Of a DNA stretch of 64,000 bases, positions 39,472-51,600 are shown in pieces. Under the pieces are notes generated by a model that saw nothing but the letters and a program-made list of their open reading frames with translations, was not told where the DNA came from and searched no databases. The stretch spans positions 2,790 to 66,789 of the forward strand of contig JADFXQ010000001.1 in the NCBI GenBank assembly GCA_015233495.1. The letters run 5' to 3'. Every line of letters begins with the position of its first letter. Position 1 is the first letter of the stretch. The stretch is from Candidatus Omnitrophota bacterium. Lineage in GTDB: Bacteria > Omnitrophota > Gorgyraeia > Zapsychrales > Zapsychraceae. A program made the position numbers and the translations under genes.

Positions 39472-40797
39472 TCATGACAAAAAATCTTTGGCATTTTCCA
39501 AGCTCAAGGCTTGCCATTGAATTTTATAACGGGGATAATCGGCGGTGAGTCGTTGGGCTTTACGTTTTAGTTCTTCGAGATTGATCTTGCGTTTGTTGAT
39601 TTTTACTTCCGCGATCAGCATTTCTTGTTTAAGATCGTTGACCGCCACGATATCGATTTCATTTTCATTGCCCTTTTCCCAATAAGAACCAATGTTATTA
39701 AACTTTTTGGATTCCGCGCATAGATCGCGATAAAATTGTTCCAAGACTTTTCCGGAGTAAACCGCGTAATCCCGCTTGATGATCTCCTTAATGTATTCAA
39801 AATTTTCCGATTCCACCGCCGAACGGTGGCGATAAATAAACCGGAACCAAAAATTTAAAAAATGATCGTTGATTTTGTATTTCTGCGACCGGGAATTGGG
39901 TTTGGCGTTGATGGGTTTATATTTGGCAATGATCGCGTAATCGTTTTCCAAACGGTCCAAGTAACCTCCCGCGTTCCCGCCCAGCAGAGACTCAATCTCC
40001 GATCGTCCGATCTTTCCTACGGAAATCAATTCCAAAATCGAAAAATAAGTGCCATATTCCTTGCCAAATTCCTCGATCAAAAGATTCCTTCCTTCACTCA
40101 AAAACGGCGAATTCGGGGCAATCATAAAATCAAGAATCTGATCCAATGAAAACGCCTTATTCCCGACCAACAGGTCAATATACTTGGGGCTTCCGCCGGT
40201 AAACAAATAAAAATCAAACAAGGCTTTCGTATCCTTGATTTTATGATCTTTAAGGATGTCTCCGATCGTCGCGATCGTGAACGGCTTGATCATAAAAATC
40301 CGATCAGCCCGATTGAACAGCGGCTCTTTGGAATGTTGAAATATCTTGTGTATCAAGGAATAGACGGACCCGACCACAATGACATTCAGCCGGGATTTTC
40401 GCTTATGCAGGTCCCACAATTTCTGAATGTCCGAATAGACCGCGGGATTTATATGATAAAATTCCTGAAACTCGTCCATGATCACCGTGAGCGGCTCGGT
40501 TTTGGCTGCCTGCAATAAAAGCAAAAAGATATCTTTGAAGGTGTGAATTTCGCCCACAAAAGGCAAATCGGGAAGCATCCGCTTGATCTCGGCAAGAAAC
40601 TCGGCGCACAACAAGGCCTCGGATTTTTTCGCCGTAAAAAAATAAAGGTGCCGCGTGTCTTTAACAAATTCCAAAGACAACAGCGTTTTTCCGACGCGTC
40701 GGCGTCCCGTCAAAACCGCCAAACGCCCCTCATCCGGAGATTGGGAAAAAAGCCGCTTTAAATCTTTTAATTCCTGCCGGCGATCATAGAATTTCAT
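39472..40797 (-). CDS. AAA+ ATPase (archaeal ATPase type) with C-terminal DUF234/PD-(D/E)XK domain
   Basis: FYDRRQEL, GRRRVGKT, MDEFQ, TGGSPKY, FWFRF and EIDIVA...AEVK motifs. Confidence 0.88.
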   Translation of the reverse strand: MKFYDRRQELKDLKRLFSQSPDEGRLAVLTGRRRVGKTLLSLEFVKDTRHLYFFTAKKSEALLCAEFLAEIKRMLPDLPFVGEIHTFKDIFLLLLQAAKTEPLTVIMDEFQEFYHINPAVYSDIQKLWDLHKRKSRLNVIVVGSVYSLIHKIFQHSKEPLFNRADRIFMIKPFTIATIGDILKDHKIKDTKALFDFYLFTGGSPKYIDLLVGNKAFSLDQILDFMIAPNSPFLSEGRNLLIEEFGKEYGTYFSILELISVGKIGRSEIESLLGGNAGGYLDRLENDYAIIAKYKPINAKPNSRSQKYKINDHFLNFWFRFIYRHRSAVESENFEYIKEIIKRDYAVYSGKVLEQFYRDLCAESKKFNNIGSYWEKGNENEIDIVAVNDLKQEMLIAEVKINKRKINLEELKRKAQRLTADYPRYKIQWQALSLENAKDFLS

Positions 40798-40799
40798 TA

Positions 40800-40832
40800 T
40801 AGTAACCTCCGTTACTGTAACTAAGGTTACTA
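40800..40832. promoter_or_regulatory. Tandem GTAAC-N4-GTTAC palindromes, putative autoregulatory operator
   Basis: TAGTAACCTCCGTTACTGTAACTAAGGTTACTA directly upstream of the ATPase ATG. Confidence 0.5.
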
Positions 40833-40941
40833 TATAAATATAATTTTGTCAAGGATTGGCGCGACACAAAAATTACTTTTCCCTCAACTCCACTCCCCTC
40901 AATGGAATCGCTCAACAGATTGACCTTAAATTTTACGCTTT

Positions 40942-43536
40942 TTAAAATTTTTTCACATCCGCCGGCATTTCCCGGTTGTTCAGGCCCAACAGCGGCAAAA
41001 CGCTGGGCAAAGGCGTGATTCCCAGAAAAATCGCTTCTAAACCCCGAAAATGTCCCGCCCGCAGCTCTGCGCCAACCGCCGGGTCGAATTTAAATTCAAT
41101 GCCTGATCCTTCTTTAGCGATTTCCATTCCCATTCGTTTTCCATTAAACGCCACACCGCCGAGCGGCGTCATTTCAGCCGGCGAAGATTGCTGCGCGCCT
41201 GCGGCGCTCACCTCATGAATAGCTTCGCTATTGACCGCCAGTCCTTCAAAGGCGAGTCGCAACGCGATCAATTCTTCCGGCAACATATTCGGGAATTTAA
41301 AAATATTAAAACGCCATTCAGATCCAAAGGGGGCCTGTAATAAATAATCAGACAGCGACGAAATTGGACGCCGATTGCCATTAGGCGCCACAATATCGAT
41401 CGACGCGTAAACACCGGGGTTAACCGATGAATCTTTATCACCCATTTGCGGCGCGCTCTGATATTCCACTCGATATCCTTCCGGGAGTTTGGGGTATTCC
41501 CGAACCTGGTTTAATATAGAGTCTGGCGCACTGTCCCCACTTAAAACACCTCCCAAAGCCTGAAAAATTCCCGCATAATGTATAATGCTTAGTTCCCATA
41601 TTGTTTTTTCCCAAATACGGATTTGCATTTCCCGATAAGCATCTACCACTGCTTTATTGACCAGTTCCAAGACTTTGCCTCTGGGCAAAGCCAGAATGAC
41701 ATCATGCTGCTGCAGCCCGGGATCACTCGCCACGGTTGTTTGGAATGTAAAAAACAACGTGTGTTTCTCTTTCGCCATATCGGCTATGCCCTGCTCAGAA
41801 GGGGACGGATCGATTCCATCTTTCCTTACAACTGACCTGATGCTTCCGTCTCTGAGCTGGATGCCATCGACCACCACCCCATCAACAGCCTGACGTTCCC
41901 GTAGAAAAAATTGCAAGGCAGGAGCCGTGGTTTGTTGTCCCCAATATCGGTTACTGGCGCCATAAGTGAACTTGATTTCATTTTGAAGCTTGGGCAATAA
42001 GCTTTTTATATCTTTTTCCAAAGCCAGCACTGGCGGTCTAACCACCACCACATTTTGATTTGGCAGAACCACTGTCACAATCACACTCTGACGAATTTGG
42101 AGGGCCTTTTCCCAATCTTCCGGCTTTGGATCAGTATTAAGATGCAATTCATCTCCTGTCCCTGCTAACAAAAACATATCTTTACCCGGATCTTCCTGAA
42201 TGCCGACTTTGACTTCAGCAGCATACCAACCTCGTAAAATCTTTTGATAATCCCCCGCGGTTTTTGTCCCGGGATAACTTAAATTTCGCAGAATGTCCGA
42301 CATGATCGACGCATCGCGTTGAGTCAACTTCGCGGGCGATGATTGCGCCGCTTTGGTTAATTTGGTGTATCCTATGGGCTGCATCCTTTCTGTCACAAAA
42401 ACGGCGTCCGAGACGAGCAAAAGCGCGGTTTCCGCCGGAGAACTGCTATACGCCGTAACGGGGTCTGGTAACATATGTAATCCGCCGGAAAAATATTTGC
42501 GGGAAGTGGTCTCTTCCGTGACCGGATCCGTGTCTTCTTTGATATAGTTAAAAACCCCCTTGGAAAATGCGTGTAAATACCGTTCATAAATCTTGTCTTT
42601 TTCAGCAGGATCCGCGGTTTTGACGCCTTCGATTTTGCCGGTGTTGCTGTATACCTCATTGATCAGGGCGTTTTTTAAGGTTTTTTTGTACCACGAAGCC
42701 AGAATCATCGCATGAAACATCTGGCGCAATTGGGTGAAATTCTTGCCTTGATTCACTTCTTTTTCAATTTCGGGAATGACCACTTCCTTGACAGCCGAAG
42801 CCGCCATGCTTTGAGCGGAGCGAAATAGCGGCGGAGTGCCGAACCCAGTCAGTTCGGCTGTTGTTTTCTTTTGAATCGCCACATAATCCTCTTCCATCAT
42901 CACCTTCAACTTCCAGCCGATCACAAAAGCCGTATTATTTCGTTCCAAGACCTTGGCATGGTCCGCCACGATCCAGACTTTATTAAATGTATCCACCGGG
43001 ATATCCACATTGCCGTATTGCTTACGCACCTTGGCATAAACAGTATCCCAGAATTTTTTCCCCAATTCTTTTTCCGGGTACATCAAGGAAGCGGTCAATT
43101 GTTTCAAAACATAATCCTGCGCTAACATATCCCGCCCCATTTCCGTTTTTCCTAAAGCATCCGGAACGATCCGGTTTTTTTCATACGGCGAAAAGTTCAC
43201 CCAGAGATCTTCGTCCTTAATCGTAAGGCTGGCCAAAAAATACTTAATCAGTTTTTGCGCCTCCGCCTTGAATTCCGGGCTATTGGTCTTATATCCGGAA
43301 TGGCCGGAATCAATAATAAAATCAAACAACAACGGATTATCCGGATGGACGACCAGTCCTTTCATCATGACCGGCGTGTACATAGGTGTCAATCCGACCA
43401 TTGCTCCCGGCGCCGGCAAAAGCAAAGGCCCGGCAAATACGCTTTGTCCCGGACCAAAAGCCCATCCGCAGAAAAAGATTAACCATACGGTAAAAATACG
43501 ATAAAAAAGAGTTTTTTTGAATTTGCTGATGGACAT
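40942..43536 (-). CDS. Secreted Omnitrophota-type large-protein family member (conserved N domain, variable cargo, conserved C tail)
   Basis: Signal peptide; FDFIIDSG, YFLASLT, LWVNFSP, GRDMLAQDYVLKQ and RKYFSGG motifs; C-terminal PLGGVAF; homologous to the N-terminus of 45689..54250. Confidence 0.75.
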   Translation of the reverse strand: MSISKFKKTLFYRIFTVWLIFFCGWAFGPGQSVFAGPLLLPAPGAMVGLTPMYTPVMMKGLVVHPDNPLLFDFIIDSGHSGYKTNSPEFKAEAQKLIKYFLASLTIKDEDLWVNFSPYEKNRIVPDALGKTEMGRDMLAQDYVLKQLTASLMYPEKELGKKFWDTVYAKVRKQYGNVDIPVDTFNKVWIVADHAKVLERNNTAFVIGWKLKVMMEEDYVAIQKKTTAELTGFGTPPLFRSAQSMAASAVKEVVIPEIEKEVNQGKNFTQLRQMFHAMILASWYKKTLKNALINEVYSNTGKIEGVKTADPAEKDKIYERYLHAFSKGVFNYIKEDTDPVTEETTSRKYFSGGLHMLPDPVTAYSSSPAETALLLVSDAVFVTERMQPIGYTKLTKAAQSSPAKLTQRDASIMSDILRNLSYPGTKTAGDYQKILRGWYAAEVKVGIQEDPGKDMFLLAGTGDELHLNTDPKPEDWEKALQIRQSVIVTVVLPNQNVVVVRPPVLALEKDIKSLLPKLQNEIKFTYGASNRYWGQQTTAPALQFFLRERQAVDGVVVDGIQLRDGSIRSVVRKDGIDPSPSEQGIADMAKEKHTLFFTFQTTVASDPGLQQHDVILALPRGKVLELVNKAVVDAYREMQIRIWEKTIWELSIIHYAGIFQALGGVLSGDSAPDSILNQVREYPKLPEGYRVEYQSAPQMGDKDSSVNPGVYASIDIVAPNGNRRPISSLSDYLLQAPFGSEWRFNIFKFPNMLPEELIALRLAFEGLAVNSEAIHEVSAAGAQQSSPAEMTPLGGVAFNGKRMGMEIAKEGSGIEFKFDPAVGAELRAGHFRGLEAIFLGITPLPSVLPLLGLNNREMPADVKKF

Positions 43537-43597
43537 AGCCCGCTCTCCTGTTGAAATTGCTGGTTAATTTGACCGCCGCTCGAAAAGAGCATCGGCA

Positions 43598-43613
43598 ATG
43601 TAACTGGTTACAT
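43598..43613. promoter_or_regulatory. LacI-type operator upstream of the 864-aa gene
   Basis: ATGTAAC-TG-GTTACAT palindrome just downstream of minus-strand TTGACA (43641-43646), 17 nt, CATATT. Confidence 0.65.
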
Positions 43614-43666
43614 GGCAAATATGCCATATGATCCGAGGTTTGTCAAGGCAACCAGGCAAACTTTTT

Positions 43667-44701
43667 TTAAATATTTTGGGAAAAGACGGATTTCCGCTCT
43701 ACGAACTGAACCGGAAGGATCGTTTTACAATGGAAGGATTCCAACAAAACGCGCGACTCCAGATGAGTTATGAGCGACCGGACTGCTTCTTGCGCCAAAT
43801 GATAAACCGGCATCCTAACGGTCGTTAACGCGGGCCGCAATCCGGCAGACCGCCAATCATCATCAAAGCCGACTACGGATATTTTTTGCGGGCAAAGGAT
43901 CTTTTTTTCCTTCAAGCGATTCATCACCATAATAGCCATATTATCATTACAACAAAATATAGCAGTTATCCGCGGCCGGACGCTTAATAATTGATCCAAC
44001 GCGCCGGCAGTGATCTTTTCATTATCAAAATCGCCGGTTTGAATCAAATCTTTTCCTAAACGAAAGCCTTTTTTTAATAATCCGCCGCGAAACCCCTCCA
44101 GGCGTTCGCCGGAATCGCGCGACCAGTCCGGACCGGCCAGACAGGCCACGCAATGATGGCCTTTTTCTAATAAATGCTCGGCGACCATTTGCCCTCCGGC
44201 CAGATTATCGGCGCAAACAAACCGCGCCTTGATCCCGGCTTCGTAATCATTGATAATCACGCAAGGAATCTTCATCTGATTAATAACTTCCCGGTTGGCG
44301 AAAAAACGAAACCACTGGGTGGAAATCAAACCATCCACCCCTTCCCCGGCATAAAAATCAGAATTGGCCCATTTTTCCTTTTCCTGCTTTAATAGAATCA
44401 ATTTGAATTGATATGCGGTCCTTAGCAGATAATTGGAAACCCCGGCCAGGATATGTGCATAGTAAGAACTATAAAAAATATTCTCCACATAAGGAAAAAC
44501 GATCCCGATAGTTTTCGTTGAGGTCTTCCGCAGATTTTTTGCCGCGAAATGCGGCGTGTATCCCAGCTCTTGAATCAGGGTGTCAATCCTTTGCCGGGTT
44601 GCGCCCGCGACCCGATGCCGGGTATCCGGATTGATCACCCGGGAAATCGTCGCTACCGAGACGTGGGCTTGTTTCGCTAATTGCCGAATGTTCAGTTTCA
44701 T
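43667..44701 (-). CDS. LacI-family transcriptional regulator
   Basis: IRQLAKQAHVSVATISRVIN HTH; ERLEGF, ISVVGFDD and PALTTV motifs. Confidence 0.95.
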   Translation of the reverse strand: MKLNIRQLAKQAHVSVATISRVINPDTRHRVAGATRQRIDTLIQELGYTPHFAAKNLRKTSTKTIGIVFPYVENIFYSSYYAHILAGVSNYLLRTAYQFKLILLKQEKEKWANSDFYAGEGVDGLISTQWFRFFANREVINQMKIPCVIINDYEAGIKARFVCADNLAGGQMVAEHLLEKGHHCVACLAGPDWSRDSGERLEGFRGGLLKKGFRLGKDLIQTGDFDNEKITAGALDQLLSVRPRITAIFCCNDNMAIMVMNRLKEKKILCPQKISVVGFDDDWRSAGLRPALTTVRMPVYHLAQEAVRSLITHLESRVLLESFHCKTILPVQFVERKSVFSQNI

Positions 44702-44719
44702 AATATCGTCCGGATTTGA

Positions 44720-44766
44720 ATGTAACTAATTACTTAAAATATACCTGATTCCGCAACAAACGTCAA
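44720..44766 (-). promoter_or_regulatory. lacI-like gene promoter with a degenerate operator
   Basis: Minus-strand TTGACG, 17 nt, TATATT; ATGTAACTAATTACTT at 44720-44735 resembles the 43598 operator. Confidence 0.55.
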
Positions 44767-44797
44767 TATATTGGGCAAATAAATAGTGACGGGAAAA

Positions 44798-44960
44798 TTA
44801 TTGCTGGATCAGAAGCAGAAAACTAATCAGCCAAACTAATATTTTCGATCTTGAGCCGATCCAGGATCTGCGTAAAGTTAAATAAGTCCTCATAATATAA
44901 GTATAAAATATAAATCGACGGAAAATAAGGGCGGGACCGGGGGGTTGGGAAAGCGTTTTC
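44798..44960 (-). pseudogene. Truncated duplicate of the giant gene promoter and signal peptide
   Basis: About 160 bp similar to 54159-54317; encodes MRTYLTLRRSWIGSRSKILVWLISFLLLIQQ* (44798-44893). Confidence 0.8.
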
Positions 44961-45063
44961 TTTATGGCAGCACTATAATGGAGAATCCGCTGAGTTAAGA
45001 TCAGAGAGAACATTGACAAACCAACAATTTCATGTTAACTTAATAAAAAATAGGAGACAAACC

Positions 45064-45234
45064 ATGAATTCCAAAACAACCCAAGCGCTCAAACATTTGC
45101 ATAAAGCGCGGGAACTGGCGAAAAACTTAGATAATCCGTTCAAAGGTCTCACCAAAGAAGGAATCATTAACCAATTACGCGCTTCCCGGGAAAAACTCTG
45201 GTTGGAAAAGTATGCGGTTAGTTCTCGACACTAA
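45064..45234 (+). CDS. Small putative antitoxin
   Basis: AGGAG RBS; 56 aa; overlaps the PIN gene. Confidence 0.65.
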   Translation: MNSKTTQALKHLHKARELAKNLDNPFKGLTKEGIINQLRASREKLWLEKYAVSSRH

Positions 45235-45619
45235 TGTCTTCATCTTCGCGTTCGGCGAAGCCGAAAATGTATCTTGCGTGAGACTGATTGAAACTTTGAC
45301 AGTCCTCAAGGCATCCATTCATATTCCCCGCACAATTATCCGCGAAGTCCAAAATAGCCTGCGCCCTATATTGTTCAAAGAATTCATTCTCTTTCTGAAT
45401 AAAGCGGCGCATATCGAAGAAGATCACGTTGTCTCTTTTGAGCTCGGCATGAAATACGAAGCTATGGGACTAAAACCCGCCGATGCTTTTATCGGCTCAT
45501 TTACGGAATGGGTTGGCGCGGAAATTCTCGTGTCGGAAAACCGCCATTTTCTTTCCCGGCAATCCAATTTGCCGTTTAAAGTCTTAACGGCTGAAAAATG
45601 CCTCAAATTTTTTAAATAA
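45212..45619 (+). CDS. PIN-domain (VapC-like) toxin
   Basis: MRLVLDTNVF, IIREV, ADAFI and LVSENRHF motifs. Confidence 0.88.
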   Translation: MRLVLDTNVFIFAFGEAENVSCVRLIETLTVLKASIHIPRTIIREVQNSLRPILFKEFILFLNKAAHIEEDHVVSFELGMKYEAMGLKPADAFIGSFTEWVGAEILVSENRHFLSRQSNLPFKVLTAEKCLKFFK

Positions 45620-45688
45620 TTCTTGGAAATCAAAAAAACTTCGCGATATTTCCTCGAAATTAGCTCGAGCTCAACTGATTCCTCCCAA

Positions 45689-48600
45689 TTATTCCGAATG
45701 CAGCATCACCAGCATCTCCCGCATCTCAGGATCAGTGGGGGATTGTTCGTCTTCTTCAAGGCGCAGGATGTCCGCGATACAGCCCAAGACCGCCGGGCGT
45801 TCTTTTTTCAACCGGCCGTTTTGATATGACGCGGCCACATAATTTGCAATCCGCCGGATCGCGGGGATGCCCCCTTCCGCCAACATGGCCTGGATGGCAG
45901 CCCACTCGTCTCGAGAATTAAAATCCGCGGGCAGCTTAGCCGCCATTTTTCGCCACCCGTATAGAGAATTGGTTCCTTTCTCAAAGGGGGACAACTCCCG
46001 CAAGTCAACGCCGCCGGGATTCTCCGCGGATTCCGCCGGGGCCGGCGAACTTTGGCGCCGGGTTGCGCCTAATTGCGTTGTTACCGGCGAACCGGCCGCG
46101 TCAGCCCGCGCCGGGTCTATTCCCGAATCTTCACCCTCCAGAACAAACCAGTTGCATGCAACCCATTTCATCATTTGAGCGAACGGGCCGACCGGTTGGT
46201 GGGTAAAACCGCTTTTGGAATCCGTTGACACAAAACCCCGGCGCAACTGCTCCCGGACATCCAGGTTCGTCCTGACCGACTCTTCCAATAAATGCGCTAA
46301 TTCATGAATAATAACATCCGTAGCTTGACAAATCACGCCCGGACCAGCAACCCCAATTTGTCCCGCCAAAGCACGGTTCAGAAACATTGTCGGCTTTTCC
46401 TGGCCTTTGGGGCCATAATACCCGAACGCGCCCGCGAACCGCAGTGACTCATCAGGTAAATCACTCAACAACACAACCTGCTCTATGCCGAAATGCCTCG
46501 CCCCGGATAAAGCCAAATCCCGCAATTCCTTTTCCCGATCAGTATAGGCGCTGGTATTGATCATAAATTTTTCAGGATGAGAAATTTGTTCAATACCGGT
46601 TGTCACATCAATTGACTTGCTGACCATCTCATCAAAATCCGCTATATCTTCGGCCTGCGGTACGGCTTCCAAAATATATCCGGCTTGCTCTGCCGCGCGT
46701 TGCAGCGCTTTGGATGCTTTTCCCAAAAATGACGGCCGCTGCTTTTCCCGTTCTATTTGCAACTTCATACGCCGTCCAAATAAACTGATTGTTTTCCCGG
46801 GCCTATCCGGATTCGGCACATTTAACATTAAAATCAATTTAACAAAGTTCGGAACCACAAGGTCTTTTTCCCCATACTGCGCCGGCAGAGATTCTAATTC
46901 CTCAGAGCTAATCAAGGAAAATTGACCGGCATTGATCTTGTTCGCCAACGCGCTGATGGCCCGATCGTGTTGATCAATGGCTAACGAATAATGTTCTCTC
47001 GGCTCTCTTTCCCATTCGACAGGAAAACCCTCAAAAGTAAATTGACCCTGCTCTGCCGTGGCTGGCATCATTGTCCGCAAAGCCAAAGCCTTATAAAATT
47101 CGATTGCCACATATCTCTGAACTATGGATTTATAATGTTCGTCAAAATGCGCGAACTTGTCGCGATTGCCGGTCAGCGGCAACGGGACCTGCACGATCAA
47201 CCCCAGTTGTTGAATATGCTTGCGTAAGGCCGGCGGGACGAGCGCGAAATACTGGGCTTCATCCAACTCGCATACCCGGCGGCCAAATTTGTCTACGACC
47301 TGCGACGGCATATCCCTAGCGCTAATGATTTTAAATTTGCCGTCAAACGTATGGGTTTGCGACGCGATAAGAAAATCCCAAGCCTGGGGAAATTCTTTCT
47401 CCAATGTCCGCCGGATAGCTTGCTCCGCTTGGTCCCAACCCTCCCGCAGGGTGATCTCATTGTCGCCAACCCGATACGCCCACCCGCGCTCCACCATGAT
47501 CCCCGCAAACCTGGACCACTCCCAACTGCGGGGCGCCCACCCGGCCCACCAACGGCGCGGTCGAGGCAATTGCGTCTCAAATTCCTGCCGGGTGATCGGC
47601 TTGCCTCCGGCAAGTATGGCCTTAAAATCGGTTTCACTTAAAACCTGATGATCCACAGTCAGCAGTTCATTGTGAGTCTCGCCGTCGATACCGCGCCGGA
47701 AATATATCCCAAATCCGCCGCTGGTTCGCGGCCCATCCGCAGTGGAAGAAAGTCCGGAAAATATCTTATACGCGCGCTCGGACAGCATCGCGTCAAATTC
47801 CGGGATCGTGTCTTTCGCTTTTTTGATCCGCCGAATCAAAACCCCATCCTGCACATTGGGGTCGCTAATCTTCCGGATCCGGGTGAGCTTCACGTGAAGC
47901 GGGTTGCCAAACGCGTCTTTGGAAACTTGGATCACAAACATATAACCCGTCCCTTGCCGGCAGGTAATGATTTCCACGCGGTCCACCCCGGCCAAAAAAG
48001 TATATTTCCCTTTCCCAAAAAAACCGGCAGAATGTTCTTGCTCATCCGCTTCTTTAGTCGACACCTTGATCAACAACGCTGCCGCGTAAGCCGCGCCGGG
48101 TCCGTCGTCCTGGAAAGCCTCCACATATTCTTCTTCGCCGTTATTGTCCTGCAAATAATGGTCAATGACCAAGGTTTTCGCGCCCGCGTCCTGGGCGTTG
48201 GCCGGACCTTCGCGAGCGGCCGCGTCAGCTTCTCCCTGTACCTTGACATCGAACAGCACATCCTTTTCAGATTGGGGATCGGTTTCCGGCAAAGACACCG
48301 CAGGGTCCTGAATCGCGGCTATCAAATCGTCCATCGCAATAACCGGCTGGCCGTTCTTGGGCCGGCGTCGTTCCAAATCGTTCAATCGGGAAAGGTCAAT
48401 TCCCTGCGGATAATGCCCAGTGCCGTCCGCCAACAAAACGTCTTCGCCATTCGGCAAAACCGGTTGCCCGCGATGCGGCAATTCATCGATCTCTTGAGTC
48501 AAAAAAGCCACGACCGGACGCGCGTATCCCATGTCATGGCCGGCCAGCGGATCATCCGCGTAGGCCAACAAGAGCCGGATGCCAACAGTCTGGAAACTCG

Positions 48601-51600
48601 AACATAATTTTTTCAGAAAATTGACTTTGCTTTGCTCTTCCGCTGTGAGGATCCGGCTGATTTGCTTGGTCATGATCGGGATATGATGAACCGGATCATT
48701 GCCGGCAAACCGGGCCAAGAACGCCACCGCATCTAAAAGCCCAGACGTGTTGATTCCCGTAAACGTAGTAAGCGCTCTGATCAATTGAATCACCGCTTCC
48801 AGAGCCCGGACTTGTTCAACAGTGTCCATTTGCCAGCCGCCGCCTAAAGCGAGTACCGCTTCCAAAGATAAATCCGTCGCGGCATCCTCGTCCAGAGCCA
48901 TTTGAAATAAACTGCCAAACAATTGCGTATAAAAAGCTCGCCGCGTTTTATGGACATTGGGTAAACGTTCGGCAACTGTTTCCAGATAACCCGGCAAACC
49001 GGACATGATCCGGGCCATCCGCCGCTCAAATAACTCAAACGGCAGTCCGGTCAAATCTAATTCCTGCCCTTGTGCCGCCGCGGCAAAACGCCGCCGGATT
49101 TCCGCGGTCTGCTTTGCAAACAACCGGTCAATCCCCGCTTCGATCCGTCCGTTGATTTCATCTTGATAATCCGCGCACTCCTCGGGAACCAAGGCCGCGA
49201 ACCCCAAATAAGCCGCTCTGGCCTGAGCAATCCAGGCTTCACCCTGACTCATAATTTTTTCCTGCCACAAAGCATCTTCGCGGCGCTCCGGCTCTACTGG
49301 AGCAGCTGCCGGCAGCTCAATTGGGACCTCAGACACCGCTCTTATTCTCTCCGATAAGTTCGCATAAAACGCTCTTATAATTTCCTCGTAAATAGCCGTC
49401 GGCGGCGCCAACGCCGAAGTTCGAACCCGGGTGCGCCGCGGGTCCAAATAAATACTCTGGCCCGTGCTCGCGTTGGTGAAAACAAAATACTCCCCGTTCA
49501 CATGCACATAAGCAAAAGCGTCGGGTACACCCTGGGGAATTTCCCGAACGTTTCCTTGCGCGTCGAATATTGCGAGTCTACCCTGTAAAATAAATTCGCG
49601 GCTCTTTGTTATCGTAATAGAAAGCGATGATAAGTTTACGCTATGGAATTTTTGGGTTCCCTCATCCCAAACCACCAACATCGAATCATCTTTCCGGTCA
49701 ACCCACCAACTCTTGCCGCCTTTTAAAGGTAAGATCTCCGTGGTTATACCGCAATCAAATTGTTCTTCCTCTACCTCGCTTTTTAAATTTCGGAATAATG
49801 TGTCACCCTGCACATTGCCAATATTCCGCCAAACAGCCACATTACCGAACAATTCCACAGTTGTACGGTCCTGTTTCGTCGGCGGATTGGAACTATAATG
49901 TATCCTTGTCCCCATAATCATGAATAAGCCGAACCTATCCGCAATTTGGTATATGTTGCTCCCCGAAATATCATACCCTTGCCAGAATTCCGGGCTGGCT
50001 TGGCCGGACGGAAACTCCGGAATTGATTGTTCATTATACAATTGCCTTAGGACAAGTGTGTTTTTATTCCTTAGAAACGTCAACATTTCATTTTTGTCGC
50101 GGCCTTCGAAAACTACATAAACAAATCCCGCATCATTACTGATAAAAATTTTTTCTTTGAAATCTGGCATCCTGGTTGTAACCGGTTCTCCTGACTTTAA
50201 ATTGATCAAACCTAATTTATTCCCTATTTTATAAATCGCAATCATGCCGCTGGCGTCGATCTCAATATGCTCCGCGTTCCAAATCAGCGGTTTACCCGAT
50301 TCCAAGGAAAAAAGGCCATAGGTATTATTCCTTTGCTTGGCAATGACCACATCCGCTTTGTCGTGAACAACGTATTCACTGATCTCCCTGAATGACGTGA
50401 ACCCAGTCAGCTGGGGAAGCGCGGCGTCATGATCGCAATATTTGATCTCATTTTTAAACCGCTGGACGGAAAACCGCCCGGAAGCGGACAGTTGAATGTC
50501 CCAGGCGCGCTTCCGCGCAGACCTGGTCGTAGGTAAATTTCGAATATCTATGATCTCTTTCCCGCCCGCCTGATCAACATATTCCACAATCAAAAACCGA
50601 TCCGTATGCGACACCATATAGCAATCGTGCACCGTCCAGAGCAGTTCACCCGCGGGATTATAGATATCAACCTTTCGAGAAAATATTCTCATGAAATAGT
50701 TGTCTTCCATTCTAATGAATCGTGCTATTCCTATCTCAATATGGTCTTCTGCTGGAGCGTCTGACGGTTTACTGAACAAAAATATAGAATCCGCTGGCGC
50801 GGCCTGTGACCCTTCAGCAAACGGCGCCACAACCGTTTGGGAAGGTCCCGGAACAAAAGCAGTTGCCGGAGGGCGGCTTAAATCTTCCCGAAACCTCTGC
50901 TCTGCGGCGGCGCCTATGCTGCCTGCGTTGGAAACAGCCGGCCAAGCCGGTTTCGCCGGCGCGGCCGTCGGGGCGTCGATAACATTCGCTTCCGCGAATC
51001 CCGGCCGCATTTCATATCCCGTGACAAGGGCCTCCCCCGTCATCTTATTGATCTGCTCCCACATATGCGCCAATTCTTTGCGTTCCTGCGCATTCAGACC
51101 CGTTGATTTTTTCGCCAACTCAAACAACCTTTGCCCAAAAGAATTGCGCCCCTTGCCTGAGGGCACAGCCACAAAATCTTTGGCACGGACCAGCGCCAAA
51201 TCCCGGTCAACTTGTTCGCTGGATACCGCCTTTCCGTTTACCGCAGCCAAACTTTCCGCGGTGAACGGCAAAACCACCACTGACAACTCGCCTTTCAACA
51301 GCTTATCCGGGATCACCTGGCCGCCCAATTGACTCGCGATAAACGTGGCAGTGCTGTCAAACAAATCTTCATGCAGCCAAATCACTTTGTCTTCTTTTCC
51401 CTTCGGAATTTGCACCTTGCGAAAATCCGTATAATACGGCAAAAGCAGATATCCCTGCGCTTGATATTCTTTTAACCAAGGCTTAAGCGCTTTCTTGATC
51501 TCCATCTTTATTTGATCGATGACATTAGCATGCTTGCCGTTTTCACCAATCAATCCATCCAAACCGCAAACCAGCATATTGATGTACCGGATCTTATCCG

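Noticed and set aside
44798-45019. 73-aa ORF as a real gene
   Set aside because: Only the last 31 codons are meaningful, as a truncated copy of the giant gene's signal peptide; reported as a pseudogene.
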